From: Anaerolineae bacterium
GTDB taxonomy: Bacteria; Chloroflexota; Anaerolineae; CG2-30-64-16
Direction: 5' to 3'
NCBI GenBank assembly: GCA_038214535.1
Contig: JBBQRS010000012.1
Location: forward strand, 517-64,516
Length of the DNA: 64,000 bases
Under the pieces are notes generated by a model. The model saw nothing but the letters and a program-made list of their open reading frames with translations, had not been told where the DNA came from and searched no databases. Shown here one piece after another: positions 9,492 through 22,032 of the stretch (position 1 is its first letter; every line of letters begins with the position of its first letter). Both the position numbers and the translations under genes were made by a program.

Positions 9492-10445
9492 ATGCAACTC
9501 GGATTCGTCGTCAACCCCCTCGGCAAGCCCGAACTCAAAAGCCACGACAGCCGGCGCTGGCAGAACTCGCCCCACTTGAGCGTCAGTCTAGCCTATCTGC
9601 GTGACATCTTCGCATATCTTGAGGCGCGCGACCTGCGCATGTATCGCATGTCCTCTTCCCTCGCCCCCTATGCAACCCACCCGGAGTTCCCCAGCTTTGC
9701 AAACCAGCTGGCAGAATGCCGCAATGAGTTGGTTCAATGCGGGCAGATGGCAAGGGCATGCGATCTGCGCCTGTCGTTTCATCCGGGACAATACACGGTC
9801 GCAAACAGCCCGAATCCAGCGACGCTGGTCCTTTCGCTTGCCGACCTCACCCTTCAAGCAGATATCTTGAACGCGATGGATTTGAACGCTGAAGCGGTTG
9901 TCGTCACGCACGTCGGCGGCATTTTTGGGAATAAACAGGCTGCACGCGAACGCTTTGCAACAAACATTCTCACGCTGCCCGAACGCGTCAGGCGGCGTCT
10001 GGTGTTAGAGAACGACGATTCACGGTTTTCGGTGTCCGACACCGTATGGGTTCACGAGAGAACCGGCCTTCGGCTCGTATTTGACAACCTGCACCATCGC
10101 CTCAACAATCCCGATAACCTGTCCGTGAGAGAAGCCCTGAACCTGTGCCTGGCGACGTGGCCCACTAATCAGGTTCCAAAGATACACTTCAGCTCGCCGC
10201 GCACGGAATGGCTGACCGAATCAGGCGACCGGGACGAATCTCCTCGTCTGCGCGCCACGCGCTGGAGCCGCCATTCCGACTATATCAACCCGTTCGAGTT
10301 CATTGATTTCATGGAGACCGCAAGCAGGCTGCGCGAATTTGATGTCATGCTCGAAGCGCGCGCCAAAGACCTGGCCGTGATGCGCCTGCGCGAAGATATG
10401 GCGCAATACGCGCCCGCCCTGGCCGCAAACCGATCGCTTAACTGA
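9492..10445 (+). CDS. uvsE: UV damage endonuclease UvdE (UVDE/UvsE family)
   Basis: Family-typical N-terminus (GFVVNPLG..., TIM-barrel AP-endonuclease-like) at ~317 aa. Confidence 0.7.
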   Translation: MQLGFVVNPLGKPELKSHDSRRWQNSPHLSVSLAYLRDIFAYLEARDLRMYRMSSSLAPYATHPEFPSFANQLAECRNELVQCGQMARACDLRLSFHPGQYTVANSPNPATLVLSLADLTLQADILNAMDLNAEAVVVTHVGGIFGNKQAARERFATNILTLPERVRRRLVLENDDSRFSVSDTVWVHERTGLRLVFDNLHHRLNNPDNLSVREALNLCLATWPTNQVPKIHFSSPRTEWLTESGDRDESPRLRATRWSRHSDYINPFEFIDFMETASRLREFDVMLEARAKDLAVMRLREDMAQYAPALAANRSLN

Positions 10446-10468
10446 ACTTCTTTTGGAGGTGATTCACC

Positions 10469-12517
10469 TTGCATATTGCACTTGGCATTGATACCGGCGG
10501 AACGTACACAGACGCAGTCCTCGTCAACCACGACGATGGCAGAGTGCTGGCCGGAGCTAAAGCACTGACAACCCGGCACAACCTCACCGAAGGCATTGCA
10601 GCCGCGCTGACCGCCCTGTTTGAGACGCCTGCGGCCGGCGCAATCAACCCGCACGACATCGGTCTGGCGTCTATCTCCACAACGCTGGCGACCAACGCCC
10701 TGGCTGAGGGACATTCCGGCGCGGTAACCTTGTTCCTGATCGGCTACGATCGAGAGCTGATGAAACAATATGGCTTCGCCGGTCAGCTCTCCACCGATGA
10801 CGTGATTTACATCCAGGGCGGTCACAATGATCGCGGCGAAGAGGTGGCCCCACTCGATCTGGAACATGTCGCCCGTGAGGTTGAGGCGCGCAAAGGCAAG
10901 ACGGAAGCCTACGCCGTTTCCGGTTATTTCAGCGTCCGCAACCCGACCCACGAACTACAGGTGCGCGACCTGATCGCCCAACACACCGATTATCCCGTAA
11001 GCTGCGGACACCAGCTCAGCAGCCGCCTGAACGCCGTGCGCAGGGCCACAACGACCGCGCTCAACGCGCACCTGATCTTGCCCCTGAATGACCTGATTCG
11101 CTCGGTTCGACGCACATTGTTGGAGCGGGGAATTACCGCGCCGCTGATGGTTGTCAAGGGAGATGGTTCGCTGATCCGCGCAGACATGGCCCTGGAGCGC
11201 CCGATCGAGACCATCCTCTCCGGCCCCGCCGCCAGCGTCGTCGGCGCATGGCACCTTGCGGGACGACGTAACGTGTGGGTCGTGGATGTCGGCGGCACCA
11301 CCACAGACATCGCCGCTCTTTCCGATGGCGCGCCCCGTCTGAGCCGGGAAGGCGCGCAGGTCGCGGGTTGGCGCACCATGGTCGAGGCCATTGACGTGCA
11401 CACCAGCGGGCTGGGTGGTGACAGTTACGTGCGGATTGACGGCGAAGGCGCGCTGCTCATCGGCCCCAGGCGTGTCATTCCCATCTCGCTGCTGGCAAGC
11501 CAATTTCCCGAGGTGAAGCAAGAGCTTGCGTTACAACAGGCAATGCCGGGCCGCAAGCACCTGGCGGAGGCTGCGCAATTCCTGACCAGGTCGCGTAACC
11601 CCGGCTATACACTATCGGCCGAAGAGGAAGAACTCCTGGCGACGCTTCAGGGCGGCCCGCAGTCGTTGCTTAACCTGGCGAAACTGGCGCGCACGCGCGG
11701 CCTCTACCGTCGCGGCCTCGAACAGATCGAGCAACGCGGGCTGGCCCGTCGTGCCGCCTTCACCCCAACTGACGCCCTGCACGTCATGGGCGTGTACCGG
11801 CGTTGGGACACCGAAGCGGCAGAACTGGCCGCGGAGTTGCTCGCCCGCCGGCAGGGGATCTCCGTCTCCGAGCTCTGCGAACGCGTCATTTCGGGGATGT
11901 CAACACGGATCGCCGCGGAGCTCGTCTCCAAAGTTCTCGAAGATTCCGGCGCGGCCGCCGCGTGGGATCGCGAGCCGACTGCCGCCGCGTTCATGCACTG
12001 CGCGCTCAACGGTGGCAATAACGCGAGCGAACTGGCATGTAGCCTCACCTTGCGCCGGCCCGTGGTCGCCATCGGCGCGCCGGTCGCCGCCTACTTGCCC
12101 ACCGTCGCATCAAAGCTCAACACCGATCTCATCATCCCGGAATGGTCTGAGGTCGCGAACGCCGTGGGCGCGGTCGCCGGCAGCGTTACGCAGCGCGCCC
12201 GCGTCTCCATCGCGCCGATTGACCAGGGCGAACGCTATCGCGTCTATCTCCCCGACGGCTTCCACGACTTCGAGCACCTGGAAGACGCCGTCGCATTCGC
12301 CCGCGCTATGATTCTGCCTGAGATCGAAATGCAGGTGCGCGCCGCCGGGGCAGAAGAGGTGGAATCGGATATGGTGCGTCGCGACGAGTACGCGCCCATA
12401 TCGGATGATCCCGCTGACCAGCTCTATCTCGGCACCGAACTGGATTTCAGAGCGGGCGGGCGACCCTCATTTGCACGTGAACCGTCGCCGGCCGACAATC
12501 AAACTGCCAAAAAATGA
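10469..12517 (+). CDS. Hydantoinase/oxoprolinase (HyuA-like) family protein
   Basis: N-terminal ALGIDTGGTYTDAVL ATPase motif of hydantoinase A, at 682 aa. TTG start with GGAGGTG RBS. Confidence 0.65.
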   Translation: MHIALGIDTGGTYTDAVLVNHDDGRVLAGAKALTTRHNLTEGIAAALTALFETPAAGAINPHDIGLASISTTLATNALAEGHSGAVTLFLIGYDRELMKQYGFAGQLSTDDVIYIQGGHNDRGEEVAPLDLEHVAREVEARKGKTEAYAVSGYFSVRNPTHELQVRDLIAQHTDYPVSCGHQLSSRLNAVRRATTTALNAHLILPLNDLIRSVRRTLLERGITAPLMVVKGDGSLIRADMALERPIETILSGPAASVVGAWHLAGRRNVWVVDVGGTTTDIAALSDGAPRLSREGAQVAGWRTMVEAIDVHTSGLGGDSYVRIDGEGALLIGPRRVIPISLLASQFPEVKQELALQQAMPGRKHLAEAAQFLTRSRNPGYTLSAEEEELLATLQGGPQSLLNLAKLARTRGLYRRGLEQIEQRGLARRAAFTPTDALHVMGVYRRWDTEAAELAAELLARRQGISVSELCERVISGMSTRIAAELVSKVLEDSGAAAAWDREPTAAAFMHCALNGGNNASELACSLTLRRPVVAIGAPVAAYLPTVASKLNTDLIIPEWSEVANAVGAVAGSVTQRARVSIAPIDQGERYRVYLPDGFHDFEHLEDAVAFARAMILPEIEMQVRAAGAEEVESDMVRRDEYAPISDDPADQLYLGTELDFRAGGRPSFAREPSPADNQTAKK

Positions 12518-13266
12518 GCTTGAATCTCGACTGTAGCGAACTCGACCCGCAAGCGCCCGCCCTCGTGGTTGTGGTCAACAGCCCGGATGACCTGGCGCGG
12601 GCGCGCGATGCCGGATGGTATCGCATCCCGCATGCGCGTGCCCCGCAGCGCACCGCCGCCGAATATCTCGCGTTCTATCAGACCGCCGCGTTTCCCCTCG
12701 AAGAACGGTGGCAGACTCGCTGGTGCGCGCCGGTGCGCGGTTACTTCCTGGTCACCCGCAGAGAATTGATCCCGGAGCAGCCAAATCACCCGCGTGCAGA
12801 TGACCTGTATTACAAAGTCACGCTGGGGCCGTTGCTCGCCTTGCCGCGCCCGATTCCAAGCCGGCGGCTCAGGCGCATCACCTTCATCCCCACCACGATG
12901 GGACGTTTATGCGCCGCACATGAGATCAACGACCTATGGATTCGGGCCGGCGCCCACGAAAAGCTCTGGAATGCCCTGCAACAGGCCGCGCTGGAAGCCG
13001 AATACGAATATCCGATTGCTGACGGCGACGAGGGGCGCCCCATTGACTTCGCGCTGCCTTGCCGTGATGGCAAGGTGGCCGTGATCGTCGAGGGCGCGCC
13101 GGGCGTCGCCCGGCTGAACGAAGCGACCGATCAGACCATGACCTATCTGCTGGCCGCACAAGGCTGGAGAACGGTGCGCCTGACACTCACAGACATCAAT
13201 CAGGATGCAACGGCCTGGGCCGCGCGCCTGGCCGCAATCTGCACAGAACTGGGTGGACTCACATGA
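12514..13266 (+). CDS. Hypothetical protein, possible C-terminal DUF559/Vsr-like PD-(D/E)xK domain
   Basis: Start and stop are translationally coupled (ATGA) to both neighbours. The C-terminus (IDFALPCRDGKVAVIVEG...AQGWRTVRL) resembles DUF559 endonuclease-fold proteins. Confidence 0.4.
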   Translation: MSLNLDCSELDPQAPALVVVVNSPDDLARARDAGWYRIPHARAPQRTAAEYLAFYQTAAFPLEERWQTRWCAPVRGYFLVTRRELIPEQPNHPRADDLYYKVTLGPLLALPRPIPSRRLRRITFIPTTMGRLCAAHEINDLWIRAGAHEKLWNALQQAALEAEYEYPIADGDEGRPIDFALPCRDGKVAVIVEGAPGVARLNEATDQTMTYLLAAQGWRTVRLTLTDINQDATAWAARLAAICTELGGLT

Positions 13267-14438
13267 CACAGACCGACTATGACTTCGACGCGATCATTGA
13301 CCGCCACAACACAGGCTCCGAAAAGTGGGATCGTTACGGGCCGGAGATCCTGCCCTTCTGGGTCGCGGATATGGACTTCCGTTCGCCGCCGCCGGTGATC
13401 GAAGCCCTGCACCGGCGGGTAGATCACGCCGTGTTCGGCTACTCGTCCGGGGTTCCCGGCCTGAAAGAAGTGCTCGTCGAACGGTTGGACAGGCTTTATG
13501 GTTGGCGCGTGAAACCTGAAGCCATCGTACCGTTGCCTGGCGTCGTCCCTGGGCTCGATCTGGCATGTCTGGCGCTCACTCGTCCCGGCGAGACGGTCGC
13601 GGTCATGCCGCCCGTGTACCCGCCGATCCTGAACGCCCCCGCCCATGCCGGTCTGACCCGGCTGGACGTTCCCCTCTGTGCCGGGGATGATCTGCATTAC
13701 GAACTGGATCTGGATGCCTTCGAAGCCGCCCTGACGCCGCAGACGCGGCTGCTGATCCTGTGCAACCCGCACAACCCCGTGGGGCGCGTCTTCACGCCCA
13801 CGGAGTTGCAGGGTCTGACGGAGATTTGCCTGCGCCACGGCGTAGACCTCTGCTCGGACGAGATTCATTGTGACCTGCTCTTTGCCGGGAACGAACACAC
13901 GCCCATCGCAGCCCTCTCGCCGGAAGTCGAATCCCGCACGATCACCCTCATGGCCCCCAGCAAGACCTTCAACATCCCCGGCCTGAAATACTCTTTTGCG
14001 GTGATCCCGAATCCCGCGGTGCGCGCCCGCTTCGAGGCCGCTCGCGCGTATCTTGTGTCCGAGCCAAACGTATTGGGGACGGTCGCGGCCCTGGCAGCCT
14101 ACGAAGAAGGGGGCGATTGGCTGGCAGCGTGCCTGAGTTATCTTGAGGCCAACCGGGACTACCTGGTAAACTTCGTGCGAAGCAATATGCCGGGCATACA
14201 CGTCACCGCACCCGAAGGGACCTATCTGGCATGGCTCGACTGCCGGACGCTCGACCTGCCTACCGGCCCATACCAGTTCTTCCTGAAAGAGGCGTGCGTC
14301 GCGTTGGGCGATGGGGGTCATTTCGGGGTGGGCGGCGCGGGATTCGTCCGGCTCAACTTCGGCTGCCCGCGCGCCATGCTCACCGAGGGGTTAGAGCGCA
14401 TGGCCGCAGCCCTTGAAGCGAACGCCGCGACCGCATAA
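13263..14438 (+). CDS. PLP-dependent C-S lyase / aminotransferase class I-II (MalY/PatB-like)
   Basis: N-terminus FDAIIDRHNTGSEKWD and overall similarity to cystathionine beta-lyase PatB/MalY. Confidence 0.7.
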   Translation: MTQTDYDFDAIIDRHNTGSEKWDRYGPEILPFWVADMDFRSPPPVIEALHRRVDHAVFGYSSGVPGLKEVLVERLDRLYGWRVKPEAIVPLPGVVPGLDLACLALTRPGETVAVMPPVYPPILNAPAHAGLTRLDVPLCAGDDLHYELDLDAFEAALTPQTRLLILCNPHNPVGRVFTPTELQGLTEICLRHGVDLCSDEIHCDLLFAGNEHTPIAALSPEVESRTITLMAPSKTFNIPGLKYSFAVIPNPAVRARFEAARAYLVSEPNVLGTVAALAAYEEGGDWLAACLSYLEANRDYLVNFVRSNMPGIHVTAPEGTYLAWLDCRTLDLPTGPYQFFLKEACVALGDGGHFGVGGAGFVRLNFGCPRAMLTEGLERMAAALEANAATA

Positions 14439-14479
14439 CGAACAGCGAACTCCTCGCCATTGAGGAGCTCGCTGTTCAC

Positions 14480-14555
14480 TGGTATCCCAGAGAGGACTTG
14501 AACCTCTGGCCTCTTCCTCCGCAGGGAAGCGCTCTATCCACTGAGCTACTGGGAC
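14480..14555 (-). tRNA. tRNA-Arg, anticodon apparently GCG
   Basis: The reverse complement folds as a cloverleaf with D-loop AGUGGAUA (A20 Arg identity), anticodon stem CUUCC/GGAAG, loop CUGCGGA, T-arm GGUUCAAGUCC and an encoded CCA. Confidence 0.65.
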
Positions 14556-14582
14556 ATATTCGCCCTGTCTCACAACAGAGCC

Positions 14583-14678
<96 letters not shown>

Positions 14679-14694
14679 TAATCCTGCTCTTTAC

Positions 14695-14785
<91 letters not shown>

Positions 14786-14990
14786 AGGGAGCAGCCCTCG
14801 CCTCACCACCGCCGTGCAGTGTATCACGGACGGGATGCTCTGTCAAAAGTCGCGGCCACATTGCTCAGAACTTCTGCTCAATCGCGCTATGTCACCCTGA
14901 GCGGGTTGACGATTCAACATTCGTCGCGCCTGGACTCCAGCAAAGGGTCTTGGCCTCGTGTCGCGAGATTCTGCGTTAGAGACGGTTACA

Positions 14991-16280
14991 TCACCCGCCA
15001 GCCTCGATGCGCTCCATCCCACCCATATACGGTCGCAACACCTCCGGCACAACAATGGCCCCATCCGCCTGCTGATAGTTCTCCATCACCGCAATCATCA
15101 CGCGCGGCAGGGCCAGCCCCGAACCGTTCAGCGTGTGGACATACTCCGGTTTGGCCCCCGGCTCAGGCCGATAGCGGATATTGGCCCGTCGCGCCTGAAA
15201 ATCGAGAAAATTACTGCACGAGCTGACTTCCAACCACTCGCCGCAGCCCGGCGCCCACATCTCCAGATCGTACTTGACGGCCGCGGTGAAGCTCAGGTCA
15301 CCAGTGCACATCTGGATCACCCGGTAAGGGATGTTCAATCCGCGACACACATCTTCCGCGTTATCCACCAACTGCGCCAATTCATCCATCGAATTTTCCG
15401 GCTTCACGAACTTCACCATCTCGACCTTATCGAACTGGTGCCCGCGTTTGATGCCGCGCACGTCCTTACCCGCGCTCATCTTCTCGCGCCGGAAGCACGC
15501 CGTGTAGGCCACGTATCCCAACGGCAGTTGCGCACCGTCCAAAATCTCCTCGCGATACATATTGGTCACCGGCACTTCCGCCGTCGGAATCCACCAGAAA
15601 TCCTCTTCGATGTCCCGATAGAGCGTATCGGCGAACTTCGGCAGATTGCCCGTGCCCACCAGGATTTCGCCGCGCACCATGTACGGCGGGTAGATTTCGG
15701 TGTAACCATGCATGCCCGTATGCAGGTCCAGCATCCACGCGATCAGCGCCCGTTGCAAACGCGCCCCCGCCCCCTTGAGCAGATAGAAGCGCGTGCCGCT
15801 GAGCTTGATGCCCCGCTCGAAATCGAGGATGCCCAGCTCCGGCCCCAGCTCCCAGTGCGGCTTCGGCGCAAAGTCGAAAACCGGGATCTCGCCTTCCGCC
15901 CGCACCACCACGTTTTCCGTCTCATCCTTGCCCACCGGCACGCTCGGATGTGGCAGGTTCGGAATGCGCAGCATCGCGTCGTTGAAGGCCGCTTCGACTT
16001 CATTCAGTTCCACATCCAGGGTCTGGATCTGATCCCCAATGATCGTCATACGCTGCTTCAGCGCCTCAGTGCCCTCGCGTTTGCCTTCGCGCATCAGTGC
16101 CCCGATTTCTTTAGACCCGGTGTTGCGCTCGGCGCGCAACGCTTCGACTTCGGTCAGAATCACCCGGCGGCGTTCGTCCAGCGTCAATGCGGCTTCAACC
16201 GGCGCATCCGTTGCCCCCAACGCCACCATCGCCGCCAACACGGCCTCCCGGTTCTCGCGCATATATCTTATGTCAAGCAT
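14991..16280 (-). CDS. serS: Seryl-tRNA synthetase
   Basis: N-terminus [14 protein letters not shown] and class II aaRS motifs. ATG at 16280 with GGAGG upstream. 17 bp downstream of the preceding gene. Confidence 0.85.
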   Translation of the reverse strand: MLDIRYMRENREAVLAAMVALGATDAPVEAALTLDERRRVILTEVEALRAERNTGSKEIGALMREGKREGTEALKQRMTIIGDQIQTLDVELNEVEAAFNDAMLRIPNLPHPSVPVGKDETENVVVRAEGEIPVFDFAPKPHWELGPELGILDFERGIKLSGTRFYLLKGAGARLQRALIAWMLDLHTGMHGYTEIYPPYMVRGEILVGTGNLPKFADTLYRDIEEDFWWIPTAEVPVTNMYREEILDGAQLPLGYVAYTACFRREKMSAGKDVRGIKRGHQFDKVEMVKFVKPENSMDELAQLVDNAEDVCRGLNIPYRVIQMCTGDLSFTAAVKYDLEMWAPGCGEWLEVSSCSNFLDFQARRANIRYRPEPGAKPEYVHTLNGSGLALPRVMIAVMENYQQADGAIVVPEVLRPYMGGMERIEAGG

Positions 16281-16299
16281 ATCCCCTCCCCCCAAAGAG

Positions 16300-17583
16300 T
16301 CAAACTGGTTGTTCGCTTGCGGCGATCATCTTGAGGCGCTGGATCGTTTGAATCATCGAGCGCACCGTATGATAGCTGATCTTCCAGGCGTGACCCAACG
16401 CGTCATCAATCGGGACGCCGGCGCGGTCCACGCGTTCATACCATTCGCCGCCTGCCGGCAAATTGACGAACTTCGCAAACACGAAGTCATAGACGTTACG
16501 GAATGCTTCCCAGTACTTCTCATCCCCAAAAAGCAGATACGCGTCGAGCATCCCCACCAGCAGCTCGGCCTGCTGCCAGAACTGCTTTTCGGTGATCGTC
16601 GGCGGCGCGTCGTATGGGCCTTCCACGTACAGGCCACCATACTCCCGATCAATCCCATACCGCACACACTGATCGAAGATCGGTCGCACAATTTCCGCAT
16701 ACCGGCCGCGTTCCTGCCCCAGCACGTCCGCAGCGTGAAGCAGCAACCACGCGAACTCGACGTTATGCCCGTAGGACGTATACGCCAACGGCCGCTCTAC
16801 GCCATCTTCGGGTTTTGCATCCCGTCCCCATTCGACCTCAAACAAGATCGCGGGCAAGGGGGTGAAGTCGAGCGCGAACTGGATATATCCCGTGCCCGAT
16901 TCGGGACGCAGCATCTTGTCGGTGATCAACGCGATGCTCTCTTTCAGCCTCCGCCGGTGTGTCGGGCTGCCCGTGAGCTCGTAGTAGGTGGTCAGCGCCT
17001 CCATCATGTGCATGTGTACGTCCATGCTCTTACGGTCGCCGCCATAGACCCCGGGGCGCTCCGGCTGCCAGTCCGGGCGCATAATCTCATAATACCCACC
17101 ATAACGCGTATCTGCCATATGCTGGGAAATCGCCGCATAGGTCACCGCGGCCGTATCACGGCCCAATGTGTGACCGGTCGCCAGCGCGTACTCGCTGAAC
17201 GCATACATCGCGAAGCATTGCCCATAACCGATCTTGTTCATCACGGTGGGCCGGCCCGATCGGTCGGCGATCCAGAACCAACCCCCGTTGTCTGCGTCCC
17301 AATAATGCTGCGTGATAAACTCGGCCCCCATCTGCGCCAGTCGCGCGCAGGTCCCGCCGCCATACCCCGCGCGATGCGCACTCGCCATCGTATAGAGCAT
17401 CCGGATCTGCATCAGGAAGGTCTTGACCGTCTCACCCGTGGGTTGCCCGTCTCGGTCGAAATACGTCAAAAAACCGCCGTGCCCCGCATCCGGAGAGCGT
17501 TCGATCCAGAACGGCAACAAGTTATCCGTCAGATAATGCTCAGTATCCTCAAGAACTGCCTTTACTTCCCCGGTTCCGGGCAT
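16300..17583 (-). CDS. N-acylglucosamine 2-epimerase (AGE)/cellobiose 2-epimerase family protein
   Basis: (alpha/alpha)6-barrel AGE-family similarity along the full length. Confidence 0.65.
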   Translation of the reverse strand: MPGTGEVKAVLEDTEHYLTDNLLPFWIERSPDAGHGGFLTYFDRDGQPTGETVKTFLMQIRMLYTMASAHRAGYGGGTCARLAQMGAEFITQHYWDADNGGWFWIADRSGRPTVMNKIGYGQCFAMYAFSEYALATGHTLGRDTAAVTYAAISQHMADTRYGGYYEIMRPDWQPERPGVYGGDRKSMDVHMHMMEALTTYYELTGSPTHRRRLKESIALITDKMLRPESGTGYIQFALDFTPLPAILFEVEWGRDAKPEDGVERPLAYTSYGHNVEFAWLLLHAADVLGQERGRYAEIVRPIFDQCVRYGIDREYGGLYVEGPYDAPPTITEKQFWQQAELLVGMLDAYLLFGDEKYWEAFRNVYDFVFAKFVNLPAGGEWYERVDRAGVPIDDALGHAWKISYHTVRSMIQTIQRLKMIAASEQPV

Positions 17584-17697
17584 CTTAACCTCCTACTGCA
17601 CGAAGAACTCACATACGCAAGTTGTTGCGGGGTCTATTTTACCACTTCGCGCGCATCATGCGACAATGTCGCGACAGGGCTTGCATGACCTATGTAT

Positions 17698-17726
17698 TTG
17701 ACTGAAGATAGGCGCTATGTTAAGAT
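17698..17726 (+). promoter_or_regulatory. Candidate sigma70-type promoter (TTGACT-17 bp-TAAGAT)
   Basis: Near-consensus -35 and -10 hexamers with 17-bp spacing, in the 600-bp intergenic region upstream of the glycan locus. Confidence 0.3.
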
Positions 17727-18192
17727 GACTTTTGTGTGTGATGCGGATCGAGTTGCCGTCGGCTCATCCCAATGGTCTGTTGCATTGCACCAGAGATTCT
17801 CATAGAAGAGCTTACCCGAAGATGCCTGATAAGGGTCAAGCGTTGTCGCTGACCATTACGCCTGAAAAACTCCCGCGCGCCCTGCCACTGAGAGCGACTG
17901 GAATTGGGCGTCAATATTTGGACTCAGTTCGGGTTGGCTTCATCGCTTTCACCTCTACAGCCACAAGCATTCGGCGAACGTCCCAGTCCATTCATACCGT
18001 CCCGTCAGGAGTCCTCGCGCCGAGATGGCGCGCGCCGGATGGGTGGTCTCTTTCCCGGCCATACGCGCGGCTGTTGCAGCTCGCAGTTTAGCTCCAGCGC
18101 GCGACACATCGAACACTTACCGTTCACCCGCACACCCTCCGGTGCTGCGGCGCGGCAGCGCCTGCCCACTTACCTTTCAAACCGAGAGGCCC

Positions 18193-18954
18193 ATGACGAC
18201 AGAACCTTCAACACCCAACCCCAGGCATCAATCTACTCTGGGACTGTATATCAGCCGACAGTCGAGCAGCCTGGGCCGCTATATACTCGAACAATTGGTC
18301 ATGGGGCTGGCTGGTTGGATACCGAGCGTGATCGGTGTGGGCGTGCGGGCCGTGCTCTACCGGTTGATTCTGCACATGGATGGCACAGCCGCCATCGAAA
18401 ATAACGTGCGGATACGGTTTGCGAATCATATCCACCTCAGTGATGGCAGCTATCTCGACTACGGTGTGTATCTCCACGCCTGCCCCGATGGCATTACCAT
18501 CGGTGAGAGTACATACATCATGCATGGCGCAGTGCTCCATGTCTACAATTTCCGCGACCTGCCGCATGCCTTCATCCGCATCGGCAATAACAGTCTCATC
18601 GGCGAGCTCAACGTCTTGCGTGGACAGGGCGGCATTACCATCGGGGACCGGGTCTACACCGCGCCCCTGGTTCAACTGCTGGCCGTGAATCATATCTACG
18701 ATGATCCCACCCACCCAATGGTGGAACAAGGGATCACTGCCGACGGCATTGTCGTTGAAGACGATGTCTGGATCGGCGCAGGCGCCATTGTGACCGACGG
18801 CGTGCGGATCGGGAAGGGCTCCGTCGTCGCCGCGGGAGCCGTCGTCACTTCCGATGTACCTCCGCACACGGTTGTCGGCGGAATCCCGGCCCGTGTGCTC
18901 AAACAGATCGAGGGCCCACCGTCGCCCACTCGTAACACGCCGATTTATTATTAA
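18193..18954 (+). CDS. Hexapeptide-repeat (left-handed beta-helix) acetyltransferase
   Basis: Multiple [LIV]GxxxxIG hexapeptide repeats. GAGAGG RBS before the ATG at 18193. Confidence 0.6.
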   Translation: MTTEPSTPNPRHQSTLGLYISRQSSSLGRYILEQLVMGLAGWIPSVIGVGVRAVLYRLILHMDGTAAIENNVRIRFANHIHLSDGSYLDYGVYLHACPDGITIGESTYIMHGAVLHVYNFRDLPHAFIRIGNNSLIGELNVLRGQGGITIGDRVYTAPLVQLLAVNHIYDDPTHPMVEQGITADGIVVEDDVWIGAGAIVTDGVRIGKGSVVAAGAVVTSDVPPHTVVGGIPARVLKQIEGPPSPTRNTPIYY

Positions 18955-19027
18955 GCCGGAGAATCGGCCCCGGCCCCATGCCAGCCAGCCTGCCCCAATC
19001 ATCGGGTGGGTCAGGGGGGAACGAATT

Positions 19028-20242
19028 ATGACAACATTGTCCCTGGTCATTCCTGCGCTCAATGAAGAAGACGGCATCGAAGAGGTGATGGCGCGTGTCC
19101 TCTCTGCAAAACCTGGCCTGGCGGAGCTTGGCATTGACGATCTTGAACTGATCGTCGTAGATGACGGCTCCACGGATCGCACGCCAGAGCTTGTCGAGGC
19201 CACACCGGGCGTCATCCTCATTCGCCATGAGGTCAACGGCGGTTATGGCGCGGCCCTGAAAACCGGCTTCGCCGCGGCGCGGGGCGAATGGGTCGGCTTT
19301 CTCGACGCCGACGGTACCTACCCACCTGAGTATTTTCCCGCCCTCTGCGCGGCAGCTCTTGAGCAAGACGCCGACATCGTGATCGGCTCGCGCATGGCCG
19401 GCGCAGACAGCGAAATGCCGGCCGTCCGCAGGCTCGGCAACATCATTTTCGCCAACCTCGTCAGTATCATCAGCGCCCAGAAAATCACCGACTCCGCCAG
19501 CGGAATGCGGATATTCAAGAAGTCCATCCTGGAGCAGCTTTATCCGTTGCCTGACGGCTTGAATCTTACGCCCGTGATGACCACGCGTGCACTACACGAA
19601 GACCTCAAAATGATCGAAGTCGCCATCCCTTACAGTGAGCGACTCGGGCGTAGCAAGCTCAACGTCGCCCGCGATGGTGTGCGCTTTGCCCATTCCATCA
19701 CCTGGACAGCCATGACCTACAACCCCGTGCGCCAACTGGGCATGGTCGGCCTGGGTGCGCTGGGCATTTCAGCGATCATCGGCCTCATTTTACTGATTTT
19801 GCGCTTGCAGGGCACGACCACGTTGGGACCATGGGGCGTATTCGCCGTATACACGGCAGCCGTGTTCGCCGTCGCAGGCGTCAGCCTTTTCATCCTGGGC
19901 ACGATGTTCAACTATCTGGTATCGCTCTTCTACGATCAACCCATCCGGCAAGGCCTGTTCGGTAAACCCATCTTCAACACGCCGCTCGATCGCCGGTTTT
20001 GGTGGATGGGTCTGGGTGCAATAGCCATCGGCGCCATCATCGCCGTTGTCACACTGATCCTGGGCATCAACGGCTGGCCGATTTCACGTTTGTGGTTCTG
20101 GCAGCTCATCGCCGCCATGACCTCCCTCATCGGCTTGCAACTCTTCATCGGCTGGTTCATCATCCGTGTCCTCGAAGACCTGAGCCAGCGTGATCGCCTG
20201 GTCAGCTACGACATGCGCCGCGACGTAAAAAATAAGGTGTAA
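19028..20242 (+). CDS. GT2 polyprenyl-phosphate glycosyltransferase (DPM1/GtrB/ArnC-like) with C-terminal TM helices
   Basis: [10 protein letters not shown]...DDGSTD...DAD motifs, then three to four hydrophobic helices, the GtrB-like architecture. Confidence 0.7.
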   Translation: MTTLSLVIPALNEEDGIEEVMARVLSAKPGLAELGIDDLELIVVDDGSTDRTPELVEATPGVILIRHEVNGGYGAALKTGFAAARGEWVGFLDADGTYPPEYFPALCAAALEQDADIVIGSRMAGADSEMPAVRRLGNIIFANLVSIISAQKITDSASGMRIFKKSILEQLYPLPDGLNLTPVMTTRALHEDLKMIEVAIPYSERLGRSKLNVARDGVRFAHSITWTAMTYNPVRQLGMVGLGALGISAIIGLILLILRLQGTTTLGPWGVFAVYTAAVFAVAGVSLFILGTMFNYLVSLFYDQPIRQGLFGKPIFNTPLDRRFWWMGLGAIAIGAIIAVVTLILGINGWPISRLWFWQLIAAMTSLIGLQLFIGWFIIRVLEDLSQRDRLVSYDMRRDVKNKV

Positions 20243-20250
20243 ATCCAGAA

Positions 20251-20286
20251 CTTGTAGTCTAGCCCCTTGTGGGCGCCGACTACGAG
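20251..20286. repeat. Intergenic hairpin repeat, copy 1 of 3 (core GTAGTCTAGCCCCTTGTGGGCG)
   Basis: The 22-bp core is identical to the copy at 60209 and 20/22 with the copy at 46375. Flanked by the short inverted repeat GTAGTC/GACTAC. Confidence 0.6.
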
Positions 20287-20541
20287 CCATATCCTAAGCG
20301 TACAGTGAGGGATGCCCCCCTTTGAAACTGGTCTCTTCAGAATGATGTGAGGTGTGATGTGTCGGAACAAACAACGAAAAAGCCGGCTGGCAGTGTAGAG
20401 TGGACTGAACTACCACCTGAAATCAAGGCGAACCTGGGCACCCGGCGCGTACCGCCTCTGCCCGCCGCGCGCTTTCCTGACGCCGGCGCCGCCGTGCAAA
20501 CCCTGACGTCATCCACGCGGCCGGCCGGCAGCGTAGATATC

Positions 20542-22028
<1,487 letters not shown>

Positions 22029-22032
<4 letters not shown>

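Noticed and set aside
13200-14321. 373-aa minus-strand ORF
   Set aside because: It is antisense to the C-S lyase gene, which has clear PLP-enzyme motifs.
14958-17688. Long + strand ORFs (458 aa and 549 aa) across 14958-16334 and 16039-17688
   Set aside because: They are antisense to the well-supported serS and AGE-epimerase genes. Their Arg/His/Pro-rich composition has no recognisable motifs.
18208-19236. 342-aa minus-strand ORF
   Set aside because: It overlaps the hexapeptide acetyltransferase and GT2 genes on the opposite strand. No motifs. Typical artifact.
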